The position numbers and the translations under genes are program-made. Below are positions 59,562-64,000 of a stretch of 64,000 bases of DNA, one piece after another (positions within the stretch are counted from its first letter, which is position 1; each line of letters starts with the position of its first letter). Origin of the DNA: Eledone cirrhosa (Eukaryota). Below the pieces are notes generated by a model. The model saw only the letters and a program-made list of their open reading frames with translations. It ran no database searches and was not told the origin of the DNA. The stretch lies in the NCBI GenBank assembly GCA_964016885.1, contig OZ024747.1:24490001-24554000 (forward strand). The letters run 5' to 3'.

Positions 59562-60104
59562 ATGTATGTATGTATGTCGGGAGAGATGACCCCTTAGCCT
59601 TTGTCAAGGCAGAGTTCTAGGAGAAGGAAAACTCTGATATAACACCTGCAACCCTGATGGTATCCAATGATGTTGACTTGTTCTTCTTTTTGGTAAATAT
59701 CATCTTGGTTAAGAGAGTGGGACTGGCTTTGTGCAGTGCCTTTGCTCACTATAAAAGCTTCACAGCACAGGCATTGCTTTATATCTGGAGATCTCTCTGC
59801 ACTTGTCATCACATGGTACCATGGGCCCTGCACTATATGTCAATAATGGTCACAAGTGTAGTCTTTGTACCAGAGTTTTCAAGTCACATTCGTTCAGCAC
59901 ATCGGTAGGGGTTCTCCTACATGGATATAAAGTAGTGGCCGTACTCGAAAACGAGTTGGCAGCCACCATGTATGTATGTATGTTTTTACTTTCTCGTATG
60001 CGATTCGAGATGCCTCAAAGGCAACTTTTCCCTCATATACAGTCTTTCTCCATTTATTACGATCAGCAGCAATATTTTCCCATGTATCAGCAGAGATGTT
60101 AGCG

Positions 60105-60735
60105 AGGGTCCTCCTATGGTGCTGACATGCAGCGTCTGTGCGAGACTCTGCCTAAGCAAAGCTGAACTCGTAAGTCATCTTCGCAGTCATAAAGTAAGAC
60201 CAGTGGTTGACTACCAGGCTGCTGTTGGAGATGCTACTCATCATGCTTGCCAAACATGTGGTAGAGAAAGTAAATCAGCAGGAGGGCTCAAGCGACATGC
60301 AAAAGTACACAAACACCAACCACAGCCGCCTATTCCCAGTGAATGTTTTGGTTGCCGACTCTGTGCAAGACATTTTAGATCATTGGCTGGGTTAAAAAGC
60401 CACATTCGATCGCAGCGCTGTTAGTTGCTATCATGTGTGTATAGATATGTTTATGTGTGTGGTGCGTGTATGTGTATATATATATGTATATGTATATTAT
60501 TATTGTTGTTGTCGTTATTATTATTGTTGTTATTATTATTGTTATTAATGTATATGTGTGTGTGTATATATGTGTGTGTGTATATATGTATATGTATATG
60601 TGTATATGTATATGTGTATATATTTCTTTTTTTATTTTATTTTATTTTTTATTTATTTATTAATTTTTTTTTTTTCTCTTCATGCAATGGCCATACTCGA
60701 TAACGAGGGGGCAGCCATCATGTATGTACGTACAC
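60105..60735 (+). mobile_element. LINE 3' end with three C2H2-type fingers and (ATGT)n tail
   Basis: CSVCARLCLSKAELVSHLRSH, CQTCGRESKSAGGLKRHAKVH, CRLCARHFRSLAGLKSHIRSQ without TGEKP linkers; tail motif TGGCCATACTCGATAACGAGGGGGCAGCCATCATGTATG, with a related copy at ~59935-59982. Confidence 0.6.
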
Positions 60736-61707
60736 ATATATGTGCGTATATATATGTGTGTGCCTATATGTATATGTGTATGTATATATATGTGTGTGTG
60801 TGTGTGCATATATGTGTGTATATGTATGTATATAAGTATTTTAATGACCAGCCAAGCCTTTCCCCTTCTCTCCCATGACTTAACTAAAGAAATTCAAACG
60901 CACATACACACAGGCCATAATCACACACACACACATACAAACACAAACAATGACATATAAATACATAGATATAATCTCATACATACACATACACACAGCC
61001 ATAATCATACACACACATACACAGCCATAATCACACACACACATACACAGCCATAATCACACACACACATACACACACAAACAATGACATATAAATACTT
61101 AGATATAATCTCATACATACACATACACACAGCCATAATCACACACACACATACACACAGCCATAATCACACACACACATACACACACAAACAATGACAT
61201 ATAAATACATAGATATAATCTCATACATACACATACAGACAATCAATGACATACACACTCAATCACACACACAGGCATAATCTCATGCATACACACACAC
61301 ACACACACAAACATAATCTCACACACACACACACACAACTGAACACAGAAACACATAAATACACACAAACACATTCACACATATGCAATGACACACACAT
61401 ACATACATACATACACACGCACACAATTAATACCAATTGTCTTCATCTCTAGATAATGGTCATCATTCAACAGATTCTTACTGTTAAATTCTTCATCTTT
61501 AAAATTAACATCAGCTTGATTCTACTAATGGTTTCTCTCATTAGATTGCAGCCATGCTTGGGCACTGCCTTGAAGAGATTTGGTTTGTCATATCAACCCC
61601 AGTACTTATTTGACTAATTTCAGTAACTAGACTGTGAGCATGCCGGAGATGCATCGAGAAGGAATTTAGTTGATCTTATTACCTCAAGTAATATATATAT
61701 TCTGGAG

Positions 61708-62251
61708 AGGAGATGCGTATGAAGGACAACAGCTGTATAAAAAAAGTGCAGGGCAATGAAAATTGATGGAAGCTACGGAGTGGGTAGACCAAGAAAAACC
61801 TGGGACAAGGTGATAAAAACTGACCTTGCTCACTTACACCGCTCCAAGACAATGTCACTGGATCAAGATCTTTGGTGCCATGCAGTTGTACAGAAGACCC
61901 GCCTTCCCTTGCATACAAACCTACAGTCAGTAGGCACCTCTTAACTCAATATACACCCCACCCCACACACCCTACCCCATCCTCTCATTTCCGTTCTGTC
62001 CACCGTGTATATGATACAACAGTCCACACTGTAAGGTGGTCATGTAGGAGACACGTTAAAAAGGCTCCCAGTCCACACTGTAAATGTGGTTGGTGTTAGG
62101 AAGGGCATCCAGCTGGAAAAAACCTGCCAGAGACACTTCCATACGAGCGAGACGCGGTCTCCTGACCATTCCCGCATTAATTGGAACAAAACTGTCCAAC
62201 CCATGCTAGCGTGGAAGATGGATGTTAAACGATGATGATGATGATGATGAT
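61708..62251 (+). mobile_element. RTE LINE 3' end with (GAT)n tail
   Basis: RMKDNSCIKKCRAMKIDGSYGVGRPRKTW followed by 3' UTR ending GTTAAAC(GAT)n. Confidence 0.85.
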
Positions 62252-62679
62252 ATATATATATATGTATGTATCTGTACCCATGTAGAGATATATATACTTT
62301 TTCGTTTAATACTTTTTCGTTTCTACTTTAGGCACAAGGCCAGCGATTACCCAGTGCATTACTGGTACTTTATTTTATCGCCCCTGTAAGGATGAAAGGC
62401 AAAGTCAACCTCGGCGGGATTTGAACTCAGATCGTAAAGGGACGTAACTATGCTGGAAAGCATGGCGTCCGACCCTCTACCGATACTGCCAATCCACTAT
62501 AATACACTCCCTTATGGTAGAGGAAAAATTTGGCCAAATCAAACTACTTTCTGGTAGCACATAGCCTGCCATTGTCCACTTCTACTACTCTCCTGTTGAT
62601 CACTTGTCACATGACAGTTATTTCATTCGAAATTTTCACTGACAGGGAATTCTTGTGAATTTTATTTCTGGACCGAGAA

Positions 62680-62757
62680 GTCTCCTGATGATTTAGGATT
62701 TCTCGCGATGCTCTACAAAGAATGTCGTTATTTTCCCAATGAAACTGCAGTAGGGAC
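62680..62757 (+). ncRNA. Type I hammerhead
   Basis: GUCUC CUGAUGA U-UUAGGA...UCCCAA-U GAAA CUGCAG UA GGGAC; palindromic ACUGCAGU. Confidence 0.68.
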
Positions 62758-62986
62758 ATTAAAGAGAGTAAGTAAATATTTTTTTCTTAACTTATTTGCT
62801 TTTCCCATATTTGATTTTATTAGGCTCTGAATCTGTTAATTTGATGAACTCTTTCATAGAATCAAACTCAGTATAAGTTGGACATTCTGTATGTATGTAT
62901 CTAGACTTGTATCTATACCCATGTAGAGATATATATACTTTCTCGTTTAATATATATATATACATATATGTGTATATATATATATA

Positions 62987-63197
62987 TGGGGAAAACGAGA
63001 GTATTAAGCCCCAGGAGGCATTAAGCTCCTCCACACTACAAATGCATCAGCTAAGTATAAATATAATGCCAAGAACCAATCAGAATGTTTTTCTTGAAAA
63101 GGAAGTTATATGAAGGCCAATAAATTGAAGCATTACAAAATTTGTAGTGCAGTGGGACTTAATGCTCCCTTGGGGCTTAATACACCTGTTTGCCCCA
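62987..63197. mobile_element. Inverted-repeat element in (TA)n (MITE-like)
   Basis: TGGGGAAAAC..GTATTAAGCCCCA..GCATTAAG..CACTACAAAT mirrored by ATTTGTAGTG..CTTAATGC..TGGGGCTTAATAC..GTTTGCCCCA. Confidence 0.6.
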
Positions 63198-63769
63198 TAT
63201 ATATATATAGTCTAGTCTGGTAGTTATTCTTTTAATCTATTTTTTTGTTGACCTGCTAAAGTAAACGTATACACACACTCCTATACATACACAAACATAT
63301 CCATTTAGTATTGATGGTTGCAAGAATATTCGATGCCATACTAAAGATTAATATTTTACCCATCTAAACCCATGCTAGCGTGGAAGATAGACGTTAAACG
63401 ATAATGATGATGATGATGATGATGTACACACACACATTATATATATATATATCATCATCATCATCATCATTGTTTAACGTCTATCTTCCACGCTAGCATG
63501 GGTTAGACAGGAATTCTCCCACTTGAGGCAAGATTGATTGGGTGACCATGTCTCGCTCGTATAGGACTGTCTAGCAGGTTTTCTACAGCTGGATGCTCTT
63601 CCTAACACCAACCACATTTACAGTGTGGACTGGGAGCTTTTTACTGTGTTACCTACATGACCACATTACAGCGTGGACTGTGTGTTTTTTTCTTGTGACA
63701 CGTACACAACCTCATTAGTTTGGACTGGATATTGTGGTACCAACATAACTTTACAGAGAAAGGGTGGTG

Positions 63770-63812
<43 letters not shown>

Positions 63813-64000
63813 TACACATCATCATCATTGTTTGATATAGTTTCTATAGCTGGTGCCCTTCCTATTGCCAATCACCTTAAAGAGTGTACTGGAGGCATTT
63901 TATTATAGTATCAGCACTACCACATTATAGAGAGTCATCATCATCATCATATGTGCAATTTATTGACACCAACACTGTGGGTGTGTGTGAGTGTATGTTT

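Noticed and set aside
59972-60424. Host C2H2 zinc-finger gene
   Set aside because: No TGEKP linkers, start lies in a microsatellite, followed by a retroelement-like tail.

Overview
Eukaryotic, AT- and microsatellite-rich intronic/intergenic DNA, most consistent with an octopod cephalopod (inferred from tRNA-derived Meta-domain and CORE-type SINEs and RTE LINEs with (GAT)n tails). No intact host protein-coding gene is recognisable; nearly all listed ORFs are microsatellite artefacts or transposon remnants (Penelope-like RT/GIY-YIG, RTE, mariner, Helitron, piggyBac-, hAT- and Tc1-like MITEs). The main signal is a 7.35-kb array of 16 near-identical 466-bp units (21552-28903) sitting in a (TA)n tract. 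Every unit carries a complete type I hammerhead ribozyme on the minus strand, preceded by a TATA palindrome and an octamer, and the array ends in an inverted partial copy that starts in the ribozyme's palindromic stem III. This reads as a non-autonomous, ribozyme-processed retroelement (non-LTR retrozyme), plausibly mobilised by Penelope-like elements. About ten further hammerhead or hammerhead-like motifs from several unrelated families lie near (TA)n tracts, often in fold-back structures. A candidate recursive splice site (AG|GTAAGT) suggests the window lies in a very long minus-strand intron.
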